Source: an uncultured Nitrospiraceae bacterium (GTDB lineage Bacteria > Nitrospirota > Nitrospiria > Nitrospirales > Nitrospiraceae). Taken from it: a DNA stretch of 64,000 bases. The stretch spans positions 992,001-1,056,000 of the forward strand of contig CAVSTP010000002.1 in assembly GCA_963730935.1 (NCBI GenBank), read 5' to 3'. A program made the translations under genes and the position numbers. Below, piece after piece: positions 10,144 through 20,422 of the stretch (positions within the stretch are counted from its first letter, which is position 1; every line of letters begins with the position of its first letter). The notes below the pieces were generated by a model, which searched no databases, was not told where the DNA came from, and was given only the letters and a program-made list of their open reading frames with translations.

Positions 10144-11775
10144 ATGAGCACGACCTGGAACAAGCTGCCACGCGAACACTTTCTGAGTCTTGCTCCCTGG
10201 TGTTGGGTACAGCTGGAAAGCGCGGAACCCCCAGGTCCCTTTCCCTTTGTCGGTGGCCTTGCTCCCGACGTCGTCGCTGCGCTGCAGGAAGCCCATTCCC
10301 TGTTGGCCAGTTCAATCGATACCGCTATCAGCGATGTCTTCTCAAAGCGAGCGCCGGTCGACGATCCGGACCGCCAACCTCGGCTCGAGGACGCCTATGC
10401 CGAGGTCGTCAACGCCCGTCCCTACCTGAGCCGGCACATTCGATGCGGCCGCAGGTCAGATGGGAGCTTCCAATGGGAATTGCCGTTCGAGCCGGCTAAG
10501 TCCTCGACCGTGACGAACGGCGGACTGCGCATTTTCCATTCCGTCAAACGGCAAGCCATTCCGATCGGGTTCGATCAACGACCGCTTGGGCCGATCGTCG
10601 GGAGACTGATCGGCATGTTGGAGGGGAGTCATCGGACGGAGGAGATCAACACCGTTGTCGTGTCTGCACCGCGGGAGGCACAGCCGGTTCTTTCGCGTCT
10701 GATGGACGCCTTGCAGCAGCATGAGTGCCTCTGCAGTTCGCCGGTCAGTCCCATCCGGGAACGATGGCTCGAGGTCGTACAGGATCGCGAAACGGTTCAT
10801 CTTGGGCATGCGGCGCTCCTCTATCGCCAACAGGACAATGTATTCCTGTTCGATCCGTGGCTCCTGCCCTGGTTTGCCGAATCGTCGGTGCCATCGGTGT
10901 GGACCTCGCTCCTGCCCAAGCCTGCCGCGATCTTCCTCACGCATGACCATGACGACCACGTCGATCCACGCACCTTGCTCCACTTGCCGAAAGACACGCC
11001 GGTGATCGTGCCGAGCCGTCGAGATAAAAAGCATTTCTTCTACGACTATCCGGCGCTCCTTCGAGAGTTGGGCTTCGGCCGGGTCGTCGAGCTGGCGCAC
11101 GGGGACGTTTGGCCGTTCGAAGGCGGGACCATCGTCTCCGTCCCGTTCTATGGCGAAGATCCCTGCGACCTCGAGATGCCCCGCAACTGTTATCTGATCA
11201 GTGATCGCGGTCAGAACGTCTTGGTCCATGCGGACAGCGGCCCGACGAACGACGGACGATCGCCTTTGAAGGATGACGTGATTCGCCGGCTGGTCGACAA
11301 ATTCGGTCCGATCCAACTTGTGTTTGCCTCGCAACAGCAATTGCTCGAGATCCGCAGCCTTGCTGCGCATGCCCCGTTGTCGCATCCGGGGAAATGGCTG
11401 GACGTCGGTGAGAATGGGTATTTAACGAACGGCTATCTGGCCGAGCTCTGTGCCACCGCCCGAGCCAACCTGTTCGTCTCCTATGCCACCGGGGGAGCCG
11501 ACTGGTATCCGGACCATCTCTCTTTCATGTTCAGCAAGCGCAATCCCGCCCGAACGGCATTGCTCACGGCCCATTGGGAGTCGCCCGAAACTCTCAAGTT
11601 GCTTCTCGAACCCAACGGCTGCAGATATCATTACGGGCGTGCGCTCGAAGTGTTCAGCGACACAGGTCTCGGAAACATCGAGATCCGGTCGGTCATCGAG
11701 AGACTCGCGCCGTTGAACCTGTATCGCGCCGCGCACGGAGAGCCACCCTTCATGAAACAGGGCGGCGCAAGTTGA
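10144..11775 (+). CDS. Metallo-beta-lactamase-fold protein with long N-terminal domain (CmlA-like)
   Basis: [26 protein letters not shown]. Confidence 0.8.
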   Translation: MSTTWNKLPREHFLSLAPWCWVQLESAEPPGPFPFVGGLAPDVVAALQEAHSLLASSIDTAISDVFSKRAPVDDPDRQPRLEDAYAEVVNARPYLSRHIRCGRRSDGSFQWELPFEPAKSSTVTNGGLRIFHSVKRQAIPIGFDQRPLGPIVGRLIGMLEGSHRTEEINTVVVSAPREAQPVLSRLMDALQQHECLCSSPVSPIRERWLEVVQDRETVHLGHAALLYRQQDNVFLFDPWLLPWFAESSVPSVWTSLLPKPAAIFLTHDHDDHVDPRTLLHLPKDTPVIVPSRRDKKHFFYDYPALLRELGFGRVVELAHGDVWPFEGGTIVSVPFYGEDPCDLEMPRNCYLISDRGQNVLVHADSGPTNDGRSPLKDDVIRRLVDKFGPIQLVFASQQQLLEIRSLAAHAPLSHPGKWLDVGENGYLTNGYLAELCATARANLFVSYATGGADWYPDHLSFMFSKRNPARTALLTAHWESPETLKLLLEPNGCRYHYGRALEVFSDTGLGNIEIRSVIERLAPLNLYRAAHGEPPFMKQGGAS

Positions 11776-11803
11776 CCATCGATCCATTCATCGAGGACCC
11801 ACT

Positions 11804-12826
11804 ATGACTTCAGGAAGACCTCTCACGCTTGTGACCGGCGCGGCCGGATTCATCGGGTTTCACGTCTCCCGACGTCTCATCGACCGTGGCGACCAGGTCA
11901 TCGGTCTCGACAATGTGAACGATTACTACGATGTCCGGCTCAAGGAGGCGCGCCTCGCTCAGTTGACGCCGTTGACCGGGTTTCAGTTCGTCAAGCTCGA
12001 TCTGGCGAACAGGCAGGGGATGAAGGAATTGTTTATCGAGTACCCGATCCGGCGCGTCGTTCATCTCGCCGCCCAGGCCGGCGTGCGGTATTCGCTCGTC
12101 AATCCGCATGCCTATACCGACAGCAACATCGAAGGCTTCATGAACATCCTGGAAGGGTGTCGCCAGGTAAAAGCCGAACACCTGGTCTATGCGTCCTCAA
12201 GCTCCGTCTATGGCGGCAATACCCACATGCCATTCTCTGTTCATGACAATGTGGATCATCCTGTTTCGCTGTACGCGGCAAGCAAGAAGGCCAATGAATT
12301 GATGGCACATTGCTATGCACATCTGTACGGCATTCCTTGCACGGGCTTGCGGTTTTTCACGGTGTACGGGCCATGGGGACGACCCGACATGGCACTGTTT
12401 CTGTTTACGAAGGCCATTCTCGAAGGGCGGCCGATCCAAGTGTTCAATCACGGCAAGATGCGGCGGGATTTCACCTATGTTGACGACATCGTTGAGGGGG
12501 TGATTCGGACCCTCGATCATACGGCCCAGCCGAATCCAGCTTGGTCGAGCGACAAGCCGGACCCCGGAACTAGCTCGGCACCGGCTCGGATTTACAACAT
12601 CGGGAATCACCAACCGGTGGAGCTTCTGCACTTCATTGAGGTCTTGGAGCGGACCCTGGGGAAGAAGGCGGATATGACGCTTATGCCGCTGCAGCCGGGG
12701 GACGTGCCTGCGACCTATGCCGACATCGAGGACTTAGACCGCGATATCGGGTTCAAGCCGTCCACGCCGATCGAGGCGGGCATTCCGCGCTTTGTCGAAT
12801 GGTATAGGAGCTTCTACAAGGTGTGA
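11804..12826 (+). CDS. NAD-dependent epimerase (UDP-glucuronate 4-epimerase type)
   Basis: [43 protein letters not shown]. Confidence 0.93.
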   Translation: MTSGRPLTLVTGAAGFIGFHVSRRLIDRGDQVIGLDNVNDYYDVRLKEARLAQLTPLTGFQFVKLDLANRQGMKELFIEYPIRRVVHLAAQAGVRYSLVNPHAYTDSNIEGFMNILEGCRQVKAEHLVYASSSSVYGGNTHMPFSVHDNVDHPVSLYAASKKANELMAHCYAHLYGIPCTGLRFFTVYGPWGRPDMALFLFTKAILEGRPIQVFNHGKMRRDFTYVDDIVEGVIRTLDHTAQPNPAWSSDKPDPGTSSAPARIYNIGNHQPVELLHFIEVLERTLGKKADMTLMPLQPGDVPATYADIEDLDRDIGFKPSTPIEAGIPRFVEWYRSFYKV

Positions 12827-12884
12827 CGCAAGGCGTCAGCCTGTCCGCCGACGCCTTGCGCTGAGCGGTGCCAATGCGCTTGGC

Positions 12885-13469
12885 TTATTGGCAGCCAACC
12901 GGAACAAATCCCGTCCCGAAGAGCCTCGACAACGCATGGTATCGAGTGTTGTCATAGAACGAATAGCTTGCGCCCCGCTGGTTCCGTCCGGTGAGGTCCC
13001 CGCCGTAAGACGGATCCGTCCCGTAGAAAAACCCGCCACGGGTTTTTGCGACCAGATTGACCCATTCGCCATAGAGCAAACAAACTTCGGCTTGCACTGA
13101 CCCGCCAGTCCAAGCAACGCTCGAGTACCAGTCCTGAGCCCATCCTGGAACTATCTGCCCCCGAGTTGGCATACCTACCGGAGCGCGATCGATGGAGTAC
13201 TGCATGTCGGAGGAAGGTGTCGCCGCATGAGGCGACCGATACGTCGGCATCTGGTCCAACGAAGGGACGACTGACAAGCCTTTGAGGACTAGGAGCTTAC
13301 ATCCAGATCGTTCCTTGTTGGTATAGATCGACGATCCGTCCGCCTGCGGGCATTCCCACATTCGTGCGGGATCGAATTTCACCGTCTCGTTCGTGTCGGC
13401 GATCGCCGGTGGGGCGGCCAGGACGAGCGCGACCGCTGCGGCAAGTGTGAAAACTATGAATGGCCGCAT
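12885..13469 (-). CDS. Exported hypothetical protein (DUF4124-like N-terminal motif)
   Basis: GGAGG RBS before ATG 13469; signal peptide; WECPQADGSSIYTNK..GC. Confidence 0.6.
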   Translation of the reverse strand: MRPFIVFTLAAAVALVLAAPPAIADTNETVKFDPARMWECPQADGSSIYTNKERSGCKLLVLKGLSVVPSLDQMPTYRSPHAATPSSDMQYSIDRAPVGMPTRGQIVPGWAQDWYSSVAWTGGSVQAEVCLLYGEWVNLVAKTRGGFFYGTDPSYGGDLTGRNQRGASYSFYDNTRYHALSRLFGTGFVPVGCQ

Positions 13470-13654
13470 ACAACACCTCCCTTGAAGCTGTGTCAGCGTG
13501 GTCTTCCATGTCATTATCGATAGGCTTGGCATAGGCTTGGCTGTCATCATTCGATGCTGACAAGCTATGCCAATGCCGAAGAGGCCGTCTATTCATCTTT
13601 GGAGGGGGTCTCGAGGTCGAGTGAAATAGCGGTGACGCCGCTGCCAGAGCCGAT

Positions 13655-14350
13655 TTACAGGATCCTGTCAATCGCTGCTTCGGGGGTCAGCCGATCGAGG
13701 CTCTGAATGATGCAATCCGCTTCGTGCAGTTTATCAAGGGGATATGTGGTGGCCAGGCCAAGTACACGCATGCCCGCGGCTCTGGCCGAGCGGACACCCG
13801 CAAGGGAATCTTCGACGACCAGGCATTCTTCGGGGACAATGGCATGCGCTGACCCGAGGCCGGCATTCAGCCGTTCCCGGGTGAGGAGATAGATTGCCGG
13901 ATCCGGCTTTCCGATCGGACAGTCCTCGGCGGCCACGATCACGTCGAAATCGTATTGAATCTTCGTGCCGCTCAACGCCGCGTCGATCTGTGCTCGGCGG
14001 CCGCCAGAGGCGATCGCGAGGCGGTAACGGCTTTTTGCCGCTTTCACAAAGTCGACGACACCCGGAAAGAGCTCCGGCTTGTGCAGAGCGGTATGGGCAC
14101 GAAAGAGTTCAGCTTTCCGCTCGCCGATCTGTGACACTTCCGCCTCGTCGCAGGTCCCATCTCGCCGCTCCAGCAGCATTCTTGTGCATGTCCGCTCGTC
14201 CATTCCCAGATAGGTGCCATAGTAGTCTTCCTTCGTCAGCGCCAGCCCCGCTTCGGCGAGCGCCTGCTGGAAACAGTAGACGTGCAGTGTCTCGTCGTCG
14301 GCGATGACGCCGTTGAAGTCGAAAATGATCGCGCGAATCACGGGCGCCAC
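13655..14350 (-). CDS. HAD superfamily phosphatase
   Basis: FDFNGVIAD, ASGG, KPDP, VVEDS..G; start (GTG 14350 or 14341) uncertain. Confidence 0.88.
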   Translation of the reverse strand: MAPVIRAIIFDFNGVIADDETLHVYCFQQALAEAGLALTKEDYYGTYLGMDERTCTRMLLERRDGTCDEAEVSQIGERKAELFRAHTALHKPELFPGVVDFVKAAKSRYRLAIASGGRRAQIDAALSGTKIQYDFDVIVAAEDCPIGKPDPAIYLLTRERLNAGLGSAHAIVPEECLVVEDSLAGVRSARAAGMRVLGLATTYPLDKLHEADCIIQSLDRLTPEAAIDRIL

Positions 14351-14465
14351 TCTACCTAACCTTGTGAGAAGGCCACAAGCGGTAGGACCTTGTTCGTTCG
14401 GCCGGGCTGGAGTATTCTCGCGCGGGACCCGCCGTTTCACCGCGTGTCGCGCGCATTGATTGTGA

Positions 14466-16475
14466 ATGGCCGCTATGACTGACTACGGCGTGTTGGGCAA
14501 TCTCCTCGTCATTTTTTCCGTCTCGATCGCTGTTGTCTTCATCTTCCATCAATTCAGGCTTCCGTCCATCGCCGGATTCTTGGTGGCCGGTGCATTGATC
14601 GGACCGCACGGCCTCAACCTCATCGCGGACATCGGCACCGTGCAGGTGCTCGCCGAAATCGGCGTGGTGCTTCTCCTGTTCACGATCGGCATTGAATTTT
14701 CGCTGGTCCAACTCGCGTCGTTGCGGCGGCTGTTCTTCGTCGCCGGGCCCATCCAGGTCGGCAGCGTGCTGCTGATCGCATGGTTCGGGGCCATGTCGGT
14801 GGGATTGACCTGGCAAGAGGGCATTTTCTGGGGGTTTCTGATCTCGCTCAGCAGTACGGCGATCGTCTTGAAGGCACTGGCGAATCGAGGCGACAGTGAT
14901 TCAATCCATGGCCGGACGATCATCGGCATCCTGATTTTTCAGGATCTTGCGGTGGTGCCCATGATGTTGCTGACTCCGATCTTGGCCAGCCGGGGCGAAG
15001 GAACAGCTGGGTCCATCTTCTACACATGGGCGCAATCGATTCTCGTCGTGGGGCTGATCATCGCTGCTGCCTGGTACGCAGTTCCCAAACTGCTGGAACA
15101 CATCGTGCGGAGCCGGAGCCGCGAATTGTTCTTGTTGACGATCATCGTGCTCTGCCTCGGCATCGCCTGGCTCACCTCCCTCGGCGGTCTCTCACTCGCC
15201 TTAGGAGCGTTTATTGCCGGACTCGTGATTTCTGAGTCGGAATACAGCCACCAAGCCATGGCTGATGTACTGCCGTTTCGCGACAGCTTCAACAGCCTCT
15301 TTTTCGTGTCGATCGGCATCTTGATGAACTGGCGGGTCTTGATCGATCATCCTGTCCTGGTCGTGGGCCTGCTACTGGCTATTCTCTCGGTCAAATTCGT
15401 CACGGGCGCAGCCGCGTCACTTGCGATGAACATTCCTCCGCGCTCTGCGTTTATGGTCGGAGTGGCGCTGGCACAGGTTGGGGAGTTCAGCTTTCTACTG
15501 GCTCAACAGGGTCAGGAAAGTGGCTTGCTACGGGGTGATCCCTATCAGGTGTTTCTGGCCGTTTCGGTCCTCTCGATGATCGTGACGCCGTTCTTGATGC
15601 AGTGGTCCCCCTTGATGGCCCGGCGGATCGAAGCCGTACAGCGCCTCCGGCATTGGTTGCCTACGAGGACGGAAGCGCACGTGCTTCAGACCGAAGGGAG
15701 GCAGATCCGGCTGAAGGACCATGTGATCATCGTCGGCTACGGGCTCAATGGTCGAAACCTGGCACGCGTGCTCAGCGAAACCGAAATTCCCCATCTGGCG
15801 CTCGACCTCGACGGCGACACAGTACGCCGCGAATCCCGCCACGGGGTGCCGATCTACTACGGCGATGCGACAAATCCCAACGTGTTGCGGCACGTGAGGC
15901 TCGAAGACGCCAAGGTGTTGGTCGTCGCCATTTCCGATCCGTTCATCACGAGGCGGACAGTTCAAGTCGCCAAACTGCTCAATCCAAAAGTTCGAGTTGT
16001 GGTCAGGACACGCTATCTTCGGGAACTGGAAGAGTTGCACGACATCGGCGCGGATGACGTGGTGCCCGAAGAGTTTGAGACGTCGATTGAGATCTTCGCC
16101 TTGGTTCTTCGCACCTATAACCTCCCGCAGGACTTTATTACGATGAAAGCCGAGCAGGTCAGGAGGGAAGGGTATGCACTGCTGCGGCGAAGTGAATTGC
16201 CCGAATTAGCCCATCATTTGCGCGGCGGAACCTTGACCGATGCAGAGGTCGAGACGTGCCGTATCGACGACGATTCGCCCGCCGTCGGAAAGACTCTTGC
16301 AGATCTCACCATTCGGCCTAGAACGGGGGCCTCTGTCATTGCTTGGACGCGCAACGGAGTCACGGAGTCGAATCCCGCGCTGAAAACGAAGCTCAAAGGA
16401 GGCGACATCGTGGTACTGCTCGGCTCACGCCTGCAAATCCGGCGCGCCATGAGTTTGCTGCTGTCAGGCCAGTAG
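14466..16475 (+). CDS. CPA2/KefC-like cation:proton antiporter with TrkA-N and TrkA-C domains
   Basis: Many TM helices, LSSTAIV, LIFQDL, AQVGEFSF, IIVGYGLNG, YGDAT. Confidence 0.92.
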   Translation: MAAMTDYGVLGNLLVIFSVSIAVVFIFHQFRLPSIAGFLVAGALIGPHGLNLIADIGTVQVLAEIGVVLLLFTIGIEFSLVQLASLRRLFFVAGPIQVGSVLLIAWFGAMSVGLTWQEGIFWGFLISLSSTAIVLKALANRGDSDSIHGRTIIGILIFQDLAVVPMMLLTPILASRGEGTAGSIFYTWAQSILVVGLIIAAAWYAVPKLLEHIVRSRSRELFLLTIIVLCLGIAWLTSLGGLSLALGAFIAGLVISESEYSHQAMADVLPFRDSFNSLFFVSIGILMNWRVLIDHPVLVVGLLLAILSVKFVTGAAASLAMNIPPRSAFMVGVALAQVGEFSFLLAQQGQESGLLRGDPYQVFLAVSVLSMIVTPFLMQWSPLMARRIEAVQRLRHWLPTRTEAHVLQTEGRQIRLKDHVIIVGYGLNGRNLARVLSETEIPHLALDLDGDTVRRESRHGVPIYYGDATNPNVLRHVRLEDAKVLVVAISDPFITRRTVQVAKLLNPKVRVVVRTRYLRELEELHDIGADDVVPEEFETSIEIFALVLRTYNLPQDFITMKAEQVRREGYALLRRSELPELAHHLRGGTLTDAEVETCRIDDDSPAVGKTLADLTIRPRTGASVIAWTRNGVTESNPALKTKLKGGDIVVLLGSRLQIRRAMSLLLSGQ

Positions 16476-16479
16476 CTGG

Positions 16480-17613
16480 CTAGCTCTTCCAGCGAAGGGT
16501 GACGCGGCCTTTGAGTGGATGCTCGAGCGGTTGTCCGGTTTGCACGGACGCGAGGTGTGCGGCCTTTAGCTTGTAGTACCATTTCGTCGGCTCGTCTGCG
16601 TCATCCAGCAACATCAGCGCCGGCTTGTAGCGCAAGCCGACCGCTTGCCGTTCCATCGCCTGCTTATCTTGCTCCAGGAAGTTGTTGCCAAAATAGCGGA
16701 AGAGCGTTTTTGAAAACGGTATCCAGGTCAATGCGTTCCAGGCGGCGCAGAAGTCGATCCGGCACTGCTGATCGGTGAGGGGGGTGACCATGGCCCGCAT
16801 GGACACGAAAATGTTGCCGCATTGAACGAACTCGAATCGCTGGTTGGGTAGCAGAAAGTCGATCGTCGTTGTGGGCGAGCCGCCGTAGAACAGATTCAAG
16901 AGCTTATATGGTTTGCTGTTCTTGGACGGCGGATGCGGGATCATACGGAAACCGGCCGGGAGCGGTTCAAACGTCTTGGTTTTTTCATGCATGCTCGCCG
17001 GTGTACGCCACAAGGGACTTTGATGGACGAACGGCCCGTGGAGCGGATCAACCAGGCCGATGATGCCGTCATCGATCGCGCAGTTCACCAACTTCGAAAT
17101 CTGAATCATTCGATAAGGAGAGGAAGGCAGGGGGAGTTGAGGGATGTCAGGAATCGATTGGTGAGGCTGCAACGGGTCGGCGATGAACACCCACACATAG
17201 CCGTCTCGCTCGCGGCACGGATACGTACTGACGCCAATTTTGTCGGTTTGAATCGGTGAACCAGCAGTGAGGGCAGGGATCTCTTGGCAGCGGCCTTTGT
17301 GGTCGAATTGCCAGCCGTGGTACGCACACTCGATGCAGTCACCACGCATTCGTCCGAAGGACAGGGGCATGCCGCGGTGTGGGCAAATATCCCGCAAGGC
17401 GGCGACATCTCCCGTCGAAGTCTTACACACCACGATCGGCAGCCCGAGGAGAATTGTTCCTCTCATGCTTCCGGGGCGAAGGTCTTCGCTCGTGCAGGCC
17501 GGGTACCAAAACCCGAACAGCGGCGCACTCTTGGAAGGCGGGATGTCTGTGAGCAGGTCCAAATGGGTCTCGCTGGGTCTGGTGACTATATCGTCCGCGT
17601 TGAAGCGGGTCAA
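16480..17613 (-). CDS. Rieske non-heme iron oxygenase alpha subunit
   Basis: CPHRG...CAYHGW Rieske motif; DPLHGPFVH and EQD mononuclear Fe ligands; TTG start uncertain. Confidence 0.88.
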   Translation of the reverse strand: MTRFNADDIVTRPSETHLDLLTDIPPSKSAPLFGFWYPACTSEDLRPGSMRGTILLGLPIVVCKTSTGDVAALRDICPHRGMPLSFGRMRGDCIECAYHGWQFDHKGRCQEIPALTAGSPIQTDKIGVSTYPCRERDGYVWVFIADPLQPHQSIPDIPQLPLPSSPYRMIQISKLVNCAIDDGIIGLVDPLHGPFVHQSPLWRTPASMHEKTKTFEPLPAGFRMIPHPPSKNSKPYKLLNLFYGGSPTTTIDFLLPNQRFEFVQCGNIFVSMRAMVTPLTDQQCRIDFCAAWNALTWIPFSKTLFRYFGNNFLEQDKQAMERQAVGLRYKPALMLLDDADEPTKWYYKLKAAHLASVQTGQPLEHPLKGRVTLRWKS

Positions 17614-17623
17614 GGTCGTTGTG

Positions 17624-17654
17624 TTGACAGGAAAAAGATGCGGAGACTATAGTC
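17624..17654 (+). promoter_or_regulatory. Putative sigma70 promoter of DsrE2-like and tusA genes, with palindrome over -10
   Basis: TTGACA-N18-TATAGT; GACTATAGTC palindrome at 17645-17654. Confidence 0.6.
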
Positions 17655-17705
17655 AAAAACCTTCCAAAACATGACATCAGGACACATTGCTCTCGTGAGG
17701 CGTCA

Positions 17706-18236
17706 ATGACTACCACACAATTGGATCCAGCGGTTGCTCTGGCGGATCTCCAAGCCGCGAAATCAGACAGAGTCACCATTGTGCTCTTGAGCGGAGATTT
17801 GGACCGGGCAATGGCGGCCTTTATCATTGCGACCGGTGCCGCCGCCATGGGCATGAAGGTGACGATATTCTTCACATTCTGGGGGTTGAACGCGATCCGC
17901 CGGAAAGGCGCAACGAGTTCGGCCAAAGATTGGCTCCGCCGGATGTTCGGGGTCTTGAACAAGGGAGGCGCAGACAGTCTGCCGCTTTCCCGTTTTCACT
18001 TCGGCGGTGTGGGAACGAAGATGATGCAAAAAGTGATGAGGCAGAACAAGATGCCTGGCGTTCCCGAGTTGATGGAAACGGCCCTGGATCTGGGCGTTCA
18101 CTTTATCGCCTGCACGACCACGATGGGACTGATGGGCATCACGAAGGACACGTTGATCGACGGCATCGATCAGTTCGCCGGTGTGACGACGTATCTGGCG
18201 GAAGCGAAGCAAGGCAGCGTGAATTTGTTCATTTAA
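17706..18236 (+). CDS. DsrE2/DrsH-like sulfur carrier family protein
   Basis: SGDLDRAMAAFIIATGAAAMG, FFTFWGL, IACTTTM. Confidence 0.9.
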   Translation: MTTTQLDPAVALADLQAAKSDRVTIVLLSGDLDRAMAAFIIATGAAAMGMKVTIFFTFWGLNAIRRKGATSSAKDWLRRMFGVLNKGGADSLPLSRFHFGGVGTKMMQKVMRQNKMPGVPELMETALDLGVHFIACTTTMGLMGITKDTLIDGIDQFAGVTTYLAEAKQGSVNLFI

Positions 18237-18259
18237 TCTCGCACGGGAGGCGGAAGCGG

Positions 18260-18508
18260 ATGACGATGCAGGCAGACGTGAAGTTGGACACGCTCGGATA
18301 TTTCTGTCCGATGCCGATCATCATGACGAGCAAGAAAATCAAGGAGCTCACGTTAGGCCAGGTGCTGGAAGTGGTTTCCGATGACGAAGGCATCAAGAAG
18401 GACATGCCGGCCTGGTGCGAGACCACGGGACATCACTTGATGGGGATGGAAGAGGAGCAGGTGACCTCGGGACTGATCTACAAGGCGTTCGTCAAGAAGA
18501 CCAAGTAA
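18260..18508 (+). CDS. tusA: TusA family sulfurtransferase
   Basis: LDTLGYFCPMPII, VLEVVSDD, DMPAWC; GGAGG RBS upstream. Confidence 0.88.
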   Translation: MTMQADVKLDTLGYFCPMPIIMTSKKIKELTLGQVLEVVSDDEGIKKDMPAWCETTGHHLMGMEEEQVTSGLIYKAFVKKTK

Positions 18509-18540
18509 CACGCGCAGTGCTGAAAGGCGAGTGGTGATGG

Positions 18541-18577
18541 AAGCCGGAGGGTAATGGGCGACACCTCCGGCTTTTTT
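18541..18577 (+). terminator. Rho-independent terminator after tusA
   Basis: AAGCCGGAGG...CCTCCGGCTT stem followed by T-tract. Confidence 0.75.
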
Positions 18578-18599
18578 GTTGCGGAGCGCCCCCGTTCCT

Positions 18600-20261
18600 A
18601 TGGACTGCATCGTTGAATGTGTGCCGAACTTCAGCGAGGGGCGAGATCCCGCCACGATTCAGGCGTTGATCGATGCCTTGGCCTCGGTGCCGCGGGTGCG
18701 CCTTCTGGATCATACGTCCGATTACGATCACCACCGGTCGGTGATGACCGTCGTCGGAGCTCCGGATGCCATGGAGGAAGCGATGTACCGGGCGATCCGC
18801 ATCGCGACCGATCTCATCGACTTGCGTACGCATGGCGGCGTGCATCCCCGTGTCGGTGCCACCGATGTGGTCCCCTTTATCCCGATTAAGGGCGTCTCCA
18901 TGAGGGAGTGCGTCCAGGCGGCTAAGCGCCTGGGACACCGGGTCGGCACGGAGCTCGGGATTCCTGTCTTTCTCTACGAACGGGCGGCGTCACATCGCGA
19001 TCACGCTCCGCTGGAATCGGTGCGGCGGGGGGGGGTGGAAGGCCTGGCCTTCCGCATGGCCTCAGACCCCGATTGGACACCGGATTTCGGGCCTGCCAAG
19101 CTGCATGACACCGCCGGCGCGATTGTGATCGGCGCCCGGCCTGCATTGATTGCCTTCAATGTGAATCTGGCTTCGACCGATCTTGGACTCGTCCGGTCCA
19201 TCGCCAGGACGATTCGACAATCGAACGGGGGCTTACGGCATCTCAAGGCCATCGGCGTCGAGTTGGCCAGCCGCAGCTTGGTCCAGGTGGCGATGAACCT
19301 GACGGATTATGAAGCAACGCCGCTTCATGTGGCGTTCAAGGCGGTCGAAGCTGAGGCCGTCCGACAGGGAGTAGCCATTGCGGGTGTGGAAATCGTCGGA
19401 CTCGTGCCGCAGGCAGCCATCACCGAAACAGCGAAGGATGCGCTTCGGCTCGACCGCTTGGACCCGCGCCAGGTTCTTGAACTCAGGATCGATGCCGCCC
19501 TGATCGACACCGCCAAGCCCGAGAGCAAGCCAAGCCCAACCGAAGCGATCTTCCGATCCTCCCTCCCGGAGTTCCTCGAAGCCGTGGCGGCGCCGACCGT
19601 CGTGCCAGCTGGGGCTGCCGTTGCCGCGTTCACGGGTGCGTTGGCTTCGGCGCTGGGAGTCATGGCTGCCAGAGTCAGCCGGCAGCCGGCAGTGGAACAT
19701 CGCCTTGACGAGATTGCAGTGCGGCTGAGCCATTTGCTCGAGGCCGATGGTAAGGCCTACAACACTTTTGTCGCAGCAACACGACTGCCTGAAGCCGATC
19801 GTGGACGTCCCGTCGCAGTCTCTTCCGCGCTCCATGTGGCCACCGAAATCCCTCTCGAAATGGCCGAGCAATCGGCGGAAGCTGCCGCCCTGTTGGCGGC
19901 CTGTTCCCAGGGGGTGAAATCCAGATTGCGATCGGATGTGCAAGTCGGGCTCATCCTCGCGATTGCTGCAGCCGAAGCGAGCCTGCATACCGCCAGGGAA
20001 AATATGAAAGTTCAGCCAAATCAGCAACTTAGGCAGGCGCTGATGAAGCGAGCGCACGAAGTGTCGGAGAATCTTGAGGAACTGAGGGTGCTATGTTACA
20101 CTCCGCCCCCTAGTCCTTTAGGAAAAAATTCCTTACAGGCATCGCCTGAGAAAGTGCAGACGAGAGACGAATGGAAATCAAAGTCTTCAACAACAATGTC
20201 GAGAAAGCGCTCAAAGTCGCGAAGAAAAAGCTTGCGGGGGAAGGGCTCTTCCGGGAACTGA
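18600..20261 (+). CDS. ftcD: Glutamate formimidoyltransferase fused to cyclodeaminase-like domain
   Basis: ECVPNFSEGRD, DHHRSV, HPRVGATDVVPF, LVQVAMNL; C-terminal helical domain with ATEIPL. Confidence 0.88.
   Translation: MDCIVECVPNFSEGRDPATIQALIDALASVPRVRLLDHTSDYDHHRSVMTVVGAPDAMEEAMYRAIRIATDLIDLRTHGGVHPRVGATDVVPFIPIKGVSMRECVQAAKRLGHRVGTELGIPVFLYERAASHRDHAPLESVRRGGVEGLAFRMASDPDWTPDFGPAKLHDTAGAIVIGARPALIAFNVNLASTDLGLVRSIARTIRQSNGGLRHLKAIGVELASRSLVQVAMNLTDYEATPLHVAFKAVEAEAVRQGVAIAGVEIVGLVPQAAITETAKDALRLDRLDPRQVLELRIDAALIDTAKPESKPSPTEAIFRSSLPEFLEAVAAPTVVPAGAAVAAFTGALASALGVMAARVSRQPAVEHRLDEIAVRLSHLLEADGKAYNTFVAATRLPEADRGRPVAVSSALHVATEIPLEMAEQSAEAAALLAACSQGVKSRLRSDVQVGLILAIAAAEASLHTARENMKVQPNQQLRQALMKRAHEVSENLEELRVLCYTPPPSPLGKNSLQASPEKVQTRDEWKSKSSTTMSRKRSKSRRKSLRGKGSSGN
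20074..20102 (+). promoter_or_regulatory. Putative rpsU promoter inside ftcD
   Basis: TTGAGG-N17-TACACT with extended -10 TGn. Confidence 0.5.
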
Positions 20262-20365
20262 AGCGGCGGCGGTATTACGAAAAGCCCAGTGTCCGCAAGA
20301 AAGCCAAACAGCGGGAAGCTCAGCGTCGCCGTCAGAAGTGGTTGTCGAAGCGCCGGCCGGAATAA
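20171..20365 (+). CDS. rpsU: 30S ribosomal protein S21
   Basis: VEKALK...ELKRRRYYEKPSVRKK. Confidence 0.95.
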   Translation: MEIKVFNNNVEKALKVAKKKLAGEGLFRELKRRRYYEKPSVRKKAKQREAQRRRQKWLSKRRPE

Positions 20366-20422
20366 CCCCTCCGTTCATCCGCAGCGCCATCCTACATCGT
20401 CAGTCCGACTGGTTCCGTGGTC

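Noticed and set aside
19027..19035. G9 tract in ftcD as a phase-variation site
   Set aside because: In frame and explained by the RRGG protein motif; no read data to support slippage.
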